The notes under the pieces are model-generated. The model saw nothing but the letters and a program-made list of their open reading frames with translations. It was not told the origin of the DNA and searched no databases. 38,833 nt of DNA from Candidatus Limnocylindria bacterium (GTDB lineage: Bacteria; Chloroflexota; Limnocylindria; P2-11E): NCBI GenBank assembly GCA_035513115.1, contig DATKCP010000160.1:1-38833 (forward strand), given 5' to 3'. A program made the translations under genes and the position numbers. Position 1 is the stretch's first letter. Every line of letters begins with the position of its first letter. Shown piece by piece: positions 26,681-33,634 of the stretch.

Positions 26681-28107
26681 GCGGCACGACCGCCGGCGAG
26701 GCGCAGTGTTCGGTCCGCGAGCGACGCGACGAGATCCTCGTGGTGCGTCGCGAAGAGCGTCGCGCCGCCGCCGTCGCAGTGCGCGGCGAGGAGCGCGACG
26801 AGCTCGCCGTACGTCCGGCGGTCCTGTCCGAATGTGGGCTCGTCGAGCACGAGGAGTGGGGGTGCCGTCGCGAGCGCGGTCGCGACGGAGAGCCGGCGCT
26901 TCTCGCCGCCGGAGAGGGTGAACGGATTCGCCGCCGCGAGGTGGGTGAGGCCGAGGCGCTCGAGCAGGTCCATCGCGATCCGCCGCGCGTCCGGCGCGTA
27001 GCGTCCCATGCGCAGAGGACCGACCATCAGCTCCTCGTCGACACGACCGGTCACGAACTGGTGCTCCGGATCCTGGAAAACGGTGCCGACGCGGGCGACC
27101 AGCCGGCGTGCCGGGAGGGACCACGGCTCCGCGTCCTCGAGCGCGACCCGCCCCCGCGCCGGCCGTAGCAGCCCCGCGACGACAAGCGCGAGCGTCGACT
27201 TCCCCGAGCCGTTCGGTCCCGTGAGGGCCAGGGCTTCGCCCGCGCGTACCGACAGGTCGACGCCGCCCAGCGCCCACGCCTCCGCGCCGGGATACCGGAA
27301 CGCGACATCGTCCGCGCGAGCGAGCTCGGCTCCGAAGGTCGTGCGCCGTGGCGGGGACGCGGGTGGCGGACCGGGCACCCATACGCCGAGCTCGGCGAGG
27401 CGCGCGCCGTGCCGCGCGAACACGTCCCCCGGAGCGCCGTCGGCGACGACGCCGCCGCCGGCTTCGATCACGACCACGCGGTCCACGAGCCCCACCGCCT
27501 CCGCGACACGATGCTCGACGAGGATCATCGTCAGCCCGGACAGGTCGGCGAGCGTCTGGCGTATCGCCGCCGCGCCGGCCGGATCGAGGTTCGCCGTCGG
27601 CTCGTCGAGGAGCAGCAGGCGCGGCCGCAGCGCCAGCGCGCCGGCGATCGCGAGGCGCTGTTTCTCGCCGCCGGACAGCGCCGCGGTGGATCGGTCCTCC
27701 GGATAGGGGAAGTGCACCTGAGCGAGCGCGCGGTGGACGCGTGGCCAGATCGCTTCGGTCGGCACGCAGTGGTTCTCGAGGCCGAACGCGACGTCGTCGC
27801 CGGCGCGCGCCATGACCAGCTGCGTCTCGGGGTCCTGGAACACGATGCCGGTGGCATCGCGCGCGTCGTGGGGCGGCCGCCCGTCGACCCGGAGCTCGCC
27901 CTCCGACTCGCCGCCGCCGGAGGGATCGAGAAGGCCGGCGAGCGCCGCCAGGACCGTGCTCTTGCCGGCGCCCGATGCCCCGAGCAGGAGCACGCGCTCC
28001 CCCGATCCGATGCGGAGGTCGAGCCCGCGCACGGCCCAGGCCTGCCGTCCGGCGTGGCGCCAGCCCCAGCCCGCTGCCTCGATCGCGGCTCCCTCGCTGC
28101 CGGTCAC
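26677..28107 (-). CDS. ykoD: ECF transporter duplicated ATPase, YkoD-like (two fused ABC domains)
   Basis: Two Walker A motifs (GASGAGKST, GPNGSGKST), two signature motifs (LSGGEKQRLAIAG, LSGGEKRRLSVAT) and two Walker B motifs (LLLDEPTANLD, LVLDEPTFGQD). GTG start at 28107, 11 nt after the ykoE stop. Confidence 0.85.
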   Translation of the reverse strand: MTGSEGAAIEAAGWGWRHAGRQAWAVRGLDLRIGSGERVLLLGASGAGKSTVLAALAGLLDPSGGGESEGELRVDGRPPHDARDATGIVFQDPETQLVMARAGDDVAFGLENHCVPTEAIWPRVHRALAQVHFPYPEDRSTAALSGGEKQRLAIAGALALRPRLLLLDEPTANLDPAGAAAIRQTLADLSGLTMILVEHRVAEAVGLVDRVVVIEAGGGVVADGAPGDVFARHGARLAELGVWVPGPPPASPPRRTTFGAELARADDVAFRYPGAEAWALGGVDLSVRAGEALALTGPNGSGKSTLALVVAGLLRPARGRVALEDAEPWSLPARRLVARVGTVFQDPEHQFVTGRVDEELMVGPLRMGRYAPDARRIAMDLLERLGLTHLAAANPFTLSGGEKRRLSVATALATAPPLLVLDEPTFGQDRRTYGELVALLAAHCDGGGATLFATHHEDLVASLADRTLRLAGGRAA

Positions 28108-28118
28108 AAGGGAGGAAT

Positions 28119-28700
28119 CTAAACGCGCTCCTGGCTCCGACCGGAGGGGAACTGCGCCAGGACGCCGGTCTGCACGAGCGCGCGCGTCAGCCACCACGAG
28201 CCGTAGCCCGCGATGACCAGCGCGGAGATCAGCATGAAAGCGCCGATCAGCAGCTGGTCGGCCAGCGGCAGCGCCGCGTAGTAGAGCGGGGTGTCGTGGA
28301 GCCACGCGCCCACCGCCGAGAGGGCCGCGGCGAGCAGCGCCGCGATGAGGTCCCAGCGCCGGTAGCGGAGCAGCGCGAAGGCGAGCTCCGCGCCCGCACC
28401 CTGGAACAGGCCCGAGATCGCCGCGTCGAGACCCCACTGGGATCCGAGGATGAGCGACACGCTCGCGGCGACGAGCTCAGCAAACAGCGCGGCGCCGGGC
28501 TTCTGCACGACGAGCCCGGCGACGACGGCGGCGGCCAGCCAGGTGCCGTACAGAATGTTCTGCGCCGGAGGGACGGCAACGAATACCGGACTGGCCGCCG
28601 CCCACAGCGCGTTCCACGCCCAGAAGACCACGCCGAATGCGACCGCGATCGCCGCGGTGACGACGATGTCGACCGTTCGCCAGGACCTTGACTCCTTCAC
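28119..28700 (-). CDS. ykoE: ECF transporter substrate-specific (S) component, YkoE-like (HMP/thiamine)
   Basis: 193 aa. From my memory of the sequence, it aligns with B. subtilis YkoE at several blocks: QKPGAALFAELVAA vs RKPGAALVSEIIAA, GAGAELAFALLRY vs GLGAEAVFLATRW, and TGVL near the C-terminus. The GTG start overlaps the thiN stop (GTGA). Confidence 0.85.
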   Translation of the reverse strand: MKESRSWRTVDIVVTAAIAVAFGVVFWAWNALWAAASPVFVAVPPAQNILYGTWLAAAVVAGLVVQKPGAALFAELVAASVSLILGSQWGLDAAISGLFQGAGAELAFALLRYRRWDLIAALLAAALSAVGAWLHDTPLYYAALPLADQLLIGAFMLISALVIAGYGSWWLTRALVQTGVLAQFPSGRSQERV

Positions 28701-29347
28701 GAGACACCTCCAGCGCGTATTTCGATGACGAGCAGCACGCCGCGATCGCACGAGACCGAAGCGCCCGCCGACGTGACGACGTTCGACAGCCCGCGGGCGG
28801 CGCCGAAGGGCAGCCCCTCGCCGGCCAGTGGATAGCGGAGACGATGCGTTCGGACGCCTTCGGCGTCGCCGTGCACCGCAAGCAGCGTCACGAGATCCCC
28901 GGGCGCGCCGGCGAGCTCCAGCCGATCTCCGCCGTGCAGCGCGCGCACCGTCACGTCGCCGCGCACGGCGCGCATCCGGCGTCCACGGTAGACGTGGGCC
29001 GCGATGAGCAGCGTGTTCGCGAGCTCGTGATCGAAGCGCGCGCCGCCGAGGATTCCGAGAAGCACGAGCTCGTCGGCCTTCGCGTCCATCGCGTGGTCGA
29101 TCGCGAGCTCGAGGTCGGACTCGTCCTTCTCTGGTGAGAATGGGACGACCGTGACGCCGCGCGCGGCGTATTCGAGAGCGCGCTCCATGCCGAGCGAGTC
29201 CATGTCGCCGACGATGGCATGCGGAACGACCCCCCATCGCTCGAGCGCCAGCGTGCCGCCGTCCGCGGCCACGATGAGGTCGGCGCCCTCGAGGTGCGCG
29301 CGGTCGCGCGGGTCGACATCGCCGTGTGCGATCACCACGGCCCTCAC
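28697..29347 (-). CDS. thiN: Thiamine pyrophosphokinase
   Basis: TPK motifs GDMDS, EKDESDLELAI and GGARFDH, with a C-terminal thiamine-binding domain. It lies directly downstream of a TPP riboswitch. Start is GTG 29347, or GTG 29338/29335. Confidence 0.85.
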   Translation of the reverse strand: MRAVVIAHGDVDPRDRAHLEGADLIVAADGGTLALERWGVVPHAIVGDMDSLGMERALEYAARGVTVVPFSPEKDESDLELAIDHAMDAKADELVLLGILGGARFDHELANTLLIAAHVYRGRRMRAVRGDVTVRALHGGDRLELAGAPGDLVTLLAVHGDAEGVRTHRLRYPLAGEGLPFGAARGLSNVVTSAGASVSCDRGVLLVIEIRAGGVS

Positions 29348-29356
29348 CCGCCGGGC

Positions 29357-29384
29357 ACAAAAACGCGGCGCATCCGAGCGCCGC
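29357..29384 (-). terminator. Intrinsic terminator forming the riboswitch expression platform
   Basis: The minus strand reads GCGGCGC-UCGGAU-GCGCCGC followed by GUUUUUGUG. It lies between the TPP aptamer and the thiN start. Confidence 0.7.
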
Positions 29385-29402
29385 AGCGAGGTCTCACGCG
29401 TT

Positions 29403-29491
29403 CCGACTCCCTACGCTGACATTACTCAGATCAGGTTCTGGGGTCTGCGGCTCACCGCACTCTCAGCGCCCCGCGGGCGCTCCCCCGTCGT
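29403..29491 (-). promoter_or_regulatory. TPP (THI-box) riboswitch aptamer
   Basis: The minus strand reads CGACGGGGGAGCGCCCGCGGGGCGCUGAGAGUGCGGUGAGCCGCAGACCCCAGAACCUGAUCUGAGUAAUGUCAGCGUAGGGAGUCG. It contains the conserved CUGAGA, ACCC, GAACCUGAUCUG-UAAU-CAGCGUAGGGA elements and a CGAC/GUCG P1 helix. Confidence 0.9.
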
Positions 29492-29530
29492 ATTCAGTTG
29501 TCGCTTCAAGTCTACCGCGTACCTGAAAGG

Positions 29531-29641
29531 TCAGGCCGCCTTCTTGACCTCTTCGATCGCCACGATCTCGCCCTTGTCCGACGGGGCGACGAGCCAGGCG
29601 ACCACCAGAACCGCGAAGGAACCGAACGCGATGAACTCCAT
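29531..29641 (-). CDS. Small (36 aa) membrane protein, hypothetical, downstream of amtB
   Basis: MEFIAFGSFAVLVVAWLVAPSDKGEIVAIEEVKKAA. Near-ideal RBS (AAGGAGGAG, then 6 nt, then ATG) starting 4 nt after the amtB stop. One TM helix plus a charged tail. Confidence 0.5.
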   Translation of the reverse strand: MEFIAFGSFAVLVVAWLVAPSDKGEIVAIEEVKKAA

Positions 29642-29658
29642 CTGTCTCCTCCTTCGAC

Positions 29659-30888
29659 CTAGATCGTGTACGCGGCTTCGCGATGCTGCGTCGCGTCGAG
29701 ACCGAGGACCTCGTCCTGCTCCGGCACGCGCAGCGCGACGAAGAGGTTGATGACCTTCAGGATCACGAACGTCATGACGGCGGCGTAGGCGATGACCGCG
29801 GCGACGGCGACCGCCTGGATCCCCAGCTGCGCCGGGTTGCCGTAGATGAGACCGTTCGCCGCGGCGCTGTTCACCGCGCTGCTGGCGAAGAGGCCGGTCG
29901 CGAGCGCCCCCCACGCGCCGCCCACGCCGTGGACCCCGAAGACGTCGAGCGCGTCGTCCACACGCAGCCGCTTGGTGAGCTGGATGCCCAGGTAGCAGAT
30001 CGTGCCGGCGCCGAGGCCGATGACGATCGCCGCCGAGACGTCGACGTAGCCCGCGGCAGGGGTGATCGCCACGAGGCCGGCCACCGCGCCGGCCGACGCG
30101 CCGAGCACGCTCGGCGCTCCCTTGTGAAGCCACGACACCGTCATCCAGGTGAGGGCCGCCATCGCCGCCGCCGTGTTGGTCGCGACGAACGCGCTCGCCG
30201 CAAGACCACCGGAGCCAAGGGCGCTTCCGGCATTGAATCCGAACCACCCGAACCACAGCAGGGACGCGCCGAGCACCGTCATGGTCGCGTCGTGCGGCTC
30301 GATGGCCTCGCTGCCGAGACCCTTGCGCCGTCCGAGCACGAGCGCCGCGACGAGCGCCGAGACGCCACTGGTGATGTGCACGACCGTGCCGCCGGCGAAG
30401 TCGAGCGCGCCGAGGCTCCGCAGCCAGCCGCCCGTGCCCCAGACCCAGTGCGCGACCGGGTCATAGACGAGCGTCGCCCAGAGCAGCGTGAAGACGACGA
30501 ACGCCTTGAAGCGCTTGCGTTCGGCGAACGCGCCGGTGATGAGCGCCGGCGTGATCACCGCGAACATCATCTGGAACACCATGAACGCCTGGTGCGGCAC
30601 GGTGGCGGCGTAGTCCGCGTTCGGTTCCAGTCCGACGCCGCGGAGCGCGAGCCAATCCAGCCCGCCGATGAGACCGCCGATGTCCGGGCCGAAGGCCAGC
30701 GTGTACCCCCACAGCACCCACTGCACGCTGATCAGGCACAGGATGAAGAAGCTGTGCATGATCGTCGCGAGGACGTTCTTCCTGCGCACCAGACCGCCGT
30801 AGAAGAAGCCGAGCGCGGGTGTCATGAGCATGACCAGCGCCGCGGACGCCAGGATCCAGGCGGTGTCCCCGGAGTTGATGTTCTCCAT
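29659..30888 (-). CDS. amtB: Ammonium transporter AmtB
   Basis: 409 aa and 11 TM helices. Amt-family signatures include DTAWILASAALVMLMTPALGFFYGG, DFAGGTVVHITSG and GVHGVGGAWGA. Confidence 0.95.
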   Translation of the reverse strand: MENINSGDTAWILASAALVMLMTPALGFFYGGLVRRKNVLATIMHSFFILCLISVQWVLWGYTLAFGPDIGGLIGGLDWLALRGVGLEPNADYAATVPHQAFMVFQMMFAVITPALITGAFAERKRFKAFVVFTLLWATLVYDPVAHWVWGTGGWLRSLGALDFAGGTVVHITSGVSALVAALVLGRRKGLGSEAIEPHDATMTVLGASLLWFGWFGFNAGSALGSGGLAASAFVATNTAAAMAALTWMTVSWLHKGAPSVLGASAGAVAGLVAITPAAGYVDVSAAIVIGLGAGTICYLGIQLTKRLRVDDALDVFGVHGVGGAWGALATGLFASSAVNSAAANGLIYGNPAQLGIQAVAVAAVIAYAAVMTFVILKVINLFVALRVPEQDEVLGLDATQHREAAYTI

Positions 30889-30987
30889 GCCGGTAGCGTG
30901 CGCAGCGCCCGTGCCCCGGTCAGTAGCGCATCGGGAGCCTACGGTTTCGGTTCGGTGGTGGTGGGAATCACATTCCCGTGCTGAACC

Positions 30988-31437
30988 CTATTTCTTCTCG
31001 GTGGCTTCATGGCCGGCATCGGCGTCGCGGCCTTCGGCGACGTTCGTCAGGCGCGGCAGGAAGAAGTCCCAGCCCTCCCGGTGCGTGGCGATCGCGCCTT
31101 CCGGCAGGCCACGATGCACCAGACGCAGACGCGTGCCCTCTCCGTCAGGCTCGAGGTCGATCTCAACGGTGCTGCTCCCGGGCGGCACGACCTCGTTACC
31201 GTCCCAGCCCCAGGTGAACACGACGCGGCGGCCCGGCACGACCTCCACGTACTTGCCGACCACCAGGCCCTTCTCGATGAAGTCGACGCGGTAGGTGCCG
31301 CCCGGTCGAGGCTCGAGCTCTGCGACCTTGCCCTTCCAGCGGACGTACTCCTTCGGGTCGATCAGCAGCCGGAAGACGGTCTCCGGCCGAGCCGCGATGC
31401 GGATGACCTTCTCAATGGCTTTCGTGTCGATGGTCAC
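30988..31437 (-). CDS. SRPBCC / AHSA1 (Aha1-like) domain protein
   Basis: 149 aa starting IRIAARPETVFRLLIDP, with WDGNEVVPPGSSTVEIDLEPDGEGTRL. Typical partner of ArsR-family regulators. Strong RBS AAAGGAGGG. Confidence 0.8.
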   Translation of the reverse strand: MTIDTKAIEKVIRIAARPETVFRLLIDPKEYVRWKGKVAELEPRPGGTYRVDFIEKGLVVGKYVEVVPGRRVVFTWGWDGNEVVPPGSSTVEIDLEPDGEGTRLRLVHRGLPEGAIATHREGWDFFLPRLTNVAEGRDADAGHEATEKK

Positions 31438-31747
31438 GGCGTGCCCTCCTTTGTTCTTCCTGCTCCGCCGCCTGTTTCAGGAGGCGCAGGTTCTCGTCCC
31501 AATAGGACTCGAGGTAGGCGCGCAGCTGCGCGATGCTCTCCGGCCGCGCGCGGTACAGGCGCCGCGTGCCGTTCCGTCTCTCGCTCACCAGGCCCGCCTC
31601 CTTCAACACGCGCAGGTGCTGCGAGATCGCCGGACGGGTGACGTCGAAGTGACGGGCGATCTCACCCGCGGCGAGCTCCGAGGCCCACACCAATCGCAGG
31701 ATCTCGCGGCGGCGCGGCTCGGCGATGGCCCGGATCGCGGCTTCCAC
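31412..31747 (-). CDS. ArsR/SmtB-family transcriptional regulator
   Basis: wHTH motifs: IAEPRRREILRLV, GEIARHFDVTRPAISQHLRVLKEAGLV and GTRRLY. I prefer the GTG at 31747 (leaderless geometry, see promoter feature). The track start is GTG 31765. Confidence 0.85.
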   Translation of the reverse strand: MEAAIRAIAEPRRREILRLVWASELAAGEIARHFDVTRPAISQHLRVLKEAGLVSERRNGTRRLYRARPESIAQLRAYLESYWDENLRLLKQAAEQEEQRRARRDHRHESH

Positions 31748-31753
31748 GCCAGG

Positions 31754-31782
31754 ATGTAAGCACACACTTACGGAAGTGTCAA
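31754..31782 (-). promoter_or_regulatory. Candidate sigma-70-type promoter of the ArsR gene with overlapping direct repeats
   Basis: The minus strand has TTGACA (31782..31777), a 17-nt spacer, TTACAT (31759..31754), 6 nt, then GTG at 31747. The 9-mer TCCGTAAGT occurs twice (31790..31782 and 31774..31766), flanking the -35. Confidence 0.45.
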
Positions 31783-31931
31783 CTTACGGATATGACCACC
31801 GCGTTCGGGCGCGGCTCGGGCGACACCGTTCCACAACCCAAGCGAAACCCAGGGCCGGTTCACCGCGGCGGGCGGCGGCGGGATGCTCTGGTGCGCGAAG
31901 CTTGTTTGCAGCGACGTATAAGGAGGGTCAG

Positions 31932-32117
31932 ATGACAGCGGTGATCCAGTGGCGTGAGGCGGGGAGCGGCAAGCACTGGGCGCAGCGCGCGCTCCCCGAG
32001 CCGCCGCGGCACCGCCGCACGTCGAAGACCGCCGCGGTCCCGAGCGACAAGATCGGCCGCGACCTCGAGGAATGGCTGGACGACCTCACGGTGGCGAGCA
32101 CTCACGACGCGGACTGA
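31932..32117 (+). CDS. Small (61 aa) hypothetical protein
   Basis: MTAVIQWREAGSGKHWAQRALPEPPRHRRTSKTAAVPSDKIGRDLEEWLDDLTVASTHDAD. Strong RBS UAAGGAGGG 5 nt upstream of the ATG and high third-position GC. The 5' part of track ORF 31725..32117 was discarded. Confidence 0.5.
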   Translation: MTAVIQWREAGSGKHWAQRALPEPPRHRRTSKTAAVPSDKIGRDLEEWLDDLTVASTHDAD

Positions 32118-32120
32118 GCC

Positions 32121-32444
32121 CTAGGCGGCGCCGCGCGCCCTCGCTTCGCGGATGACGGGCAGGGCGAGAAGCGCCAGCGTCGCGAGCCAGTACGCGACGA
32201 ACTGGAGGACGCCGCCGGCGAGAGCGGTCACGAGGTAGACCGCGACGAGCGCGATCGCGCCGTACAGCGCGGGCCGGGAGCCCCGGTTCACCATGACCGA
32301 CAGAACGGCGAACGCCAGGGCCGCGGGCAGGTCAAGGGGCTCGACGATGCCGCGTTCTCGGTACGAGATGACGGCGTTGAGCAGAAAGACCGCAGCGGGG
32401 ATCGCCAGCGCGACCGACGCCGCGATCAGTCGGATCCGTTCCAT
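32121..32444 (-). CDS. Hypothetical membrane protein (3-4 TM helices)
   Basis: MERIRLIAASVALAIPAAVFLLNAV and further hydrophobic segments. The 16 codons upstream in the track ORF have low third-position GC, so the start is set at the ATG at 32444. Confidence 0.55.
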   Translation of the reverse strand: MERIRLIAASVALAIPAAVFLLNAVISYRERGIVEPLDLPAALAFAVLSVMVNRGSRPALYGAIALVAVYLVTALAGGVLQFVAYWLATLALLALPVIREARARGAA

Positions 32445-32528
32445 ACCTCGATGGTAGCCCGCTTGGCCGCTGCTGGTCGTGGGTCCACTCATCGGTCCGG
32501 TCGTCGCGCTTCGCGTGATGCGCTGCCG

Positions 32529-33371
32529 CTAGGCGAGGACCTTCGAGCGGAAGATCGAAAAGAGATCGGCGATCGCACTCGGGAGCTTCGCCGCGGGATC
32601 CTGCCGCGCGTCGTAGCCGCAGAGCTCGAAACCGCGGACGTCGGCGACAGACGCGAGCGACGTGATGGCCTCACCCAGCAGCGCGAGCGATACGCCTCCC
32701 GGGGCGGGGAACACGACGGCGCCGACCTCCGCCGGATCGACGACGTCGATGTCGACGTGCAGCCAGATCTTCCGCTTGCGCGCGAACGCGATGACGCTCG
32801 CCGTATCCGCCTGCTCCGCGTCGAAGCGGATGCGCGTGAGCTTCGAGCGGTCGAGGTTGCCGCGCTCGCCCGGGTCGAGGGACCGGCCGCCGACGAGCGC
32901 GACACGCTCCTCGGCGATCTTCCGCGCGCCCGGCCACAGGAGCGGCGCGACCGACCTTCCGCAGACATGCGCGAGGCACATGCCGCCGACGTAGTGGGAC
33001 GGCGTCGTCGCGAGCGTGTTGAAGTCGCCGTGCGCGTCGAAGTACACGAGCGCGAGATCGGGCTCGACGGGGAGCGCGCCCGCCAGGCTTCCGGCCACGA
33101 GCGTGCACTCTCCACCGAGCACCGCGCAGGTTGCGCCCGCGCGCAGCGACGAGCCGATCGCGTCGGCCAGCGTGCGGCAAGCCTCGCGTGCCGCGCTCAC
33201 CCAGCGGTCGCGCGGGTTGAACGGGACGCGGACGTGTTTCTCCGGCCCGAGTCGTCGAACGAAATGCTCGGAGAGCGCGCCGGGTGCGGCCGCCATCCCC
33301 GCGAAGCGTGTCTCCGTGACCACACCGGCCTCGAAGAGATGCAGCGGACGAGCCGCCATCAGTGGGCGCAT
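32529..33371 (-). CDS. Arginase/agmatinase/formiminoglutamase-fold (ureohydrolase family) protein
   Basis: Metal-site motifs DAHGD (YFDAHGDFN) and DIDVVDP (HVDIDVVDP) are present. The first motif reads GGECT instead of the usual GGDHS. Confidence 0.75.
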   Translation of the reverse strand: MRPLMAARPLHLFEAGVVTETRFAGMAAAPGALSEHFVRRLGPEKHVRVPFNPRDRWVSAAREACRTLADAIGSSLRAGATCAVLGGECTLVAGSLAGALPVEPDLALVYFDAHGDFNTLATTPSHYVGGMCLAHVCGRSVAPLLWPGARKIAEERVALVGGRSLDPGERGNLDRSKLTRIRFDAEQADTASVIAFARKRKIWLHVDIDVVDPAEVGAVVFPAPGGVSLALLGEAITSLASVADVRGFELCGYDARQDPAAKLPSAIADLFSIFRSKVLA

Positions 33372-33425
33372 CTTAGTGCGCTCGTTCGGCTGTCTGGAAC
33401 CCTCCCGAGCGCGCTGGAGGCGCTT

Positions 33426-33575
33426 CTACATGTTTATGAGACCGCTTTGGACCAGTGCCAGGCAGATGATCGCGATGGCCGCGAGCGGGAACTTGGACCA
33501 GCGTCCCGAGATGAGCATGAGGATGCCGCAGACGAGTGCTATGAGCGTGAGCAGAAGGCTGACCGTGATCGTCAT
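33426..33575 (-). CDS. Small (49 aa) two-helix hydrophobic protein, hypothetical
   Basis: MTITVSLLLTLIALVCGILMLISGRWSKFPLAAIAIICLALVQSGLINM. GGAGG lies 7 nt upstream of the ATG. It sits between the aminotransferase and arginase-fold genes on the same strand. Confidence 0.45.
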   Translation of the reverse strand: MTITVSLLLTLIALVCGILMLISGRWSKFPLAAIAIICLALVQSGLINM

Positions 33576-33634
33576 GTGATACCTCCGTGCGCTGCCCTGC
33601 TGGGCGAGCAAGAGTATGCCGCCACCGAGCCCGG

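Noticed and set aside
28108-28118. CCUCC (anti-SD-like) sequence in the 11-nt ykoE-ykoD spacer
   Set aside because: It is probably coincidental, and I can support no functional model for it. ykoD initiation is more simply explained by proximity coupling.
30925-30962. Possible actinobacterial GlnR box (gTnAc-n6-GaAAc) upstream of amtB around CCGAACCGAAACCG (minus strand)
   Set aside because: Only the GAAAC half is present. The upstream half-site does not match.
29683-30984. 433-aa plus-strand ORF
   Set aside because: It is antisense to amtB. The product is Arg/Asp/Glu/His-rich low-complexity sequence.
31859-31869. Single GTTCACCGCGG unit upstream of the 61-aa ORF
   Set aside because: Only one repeat unit is present and the adjacent 11-mer has no similarity. 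PHO boxes need at least two phased units.
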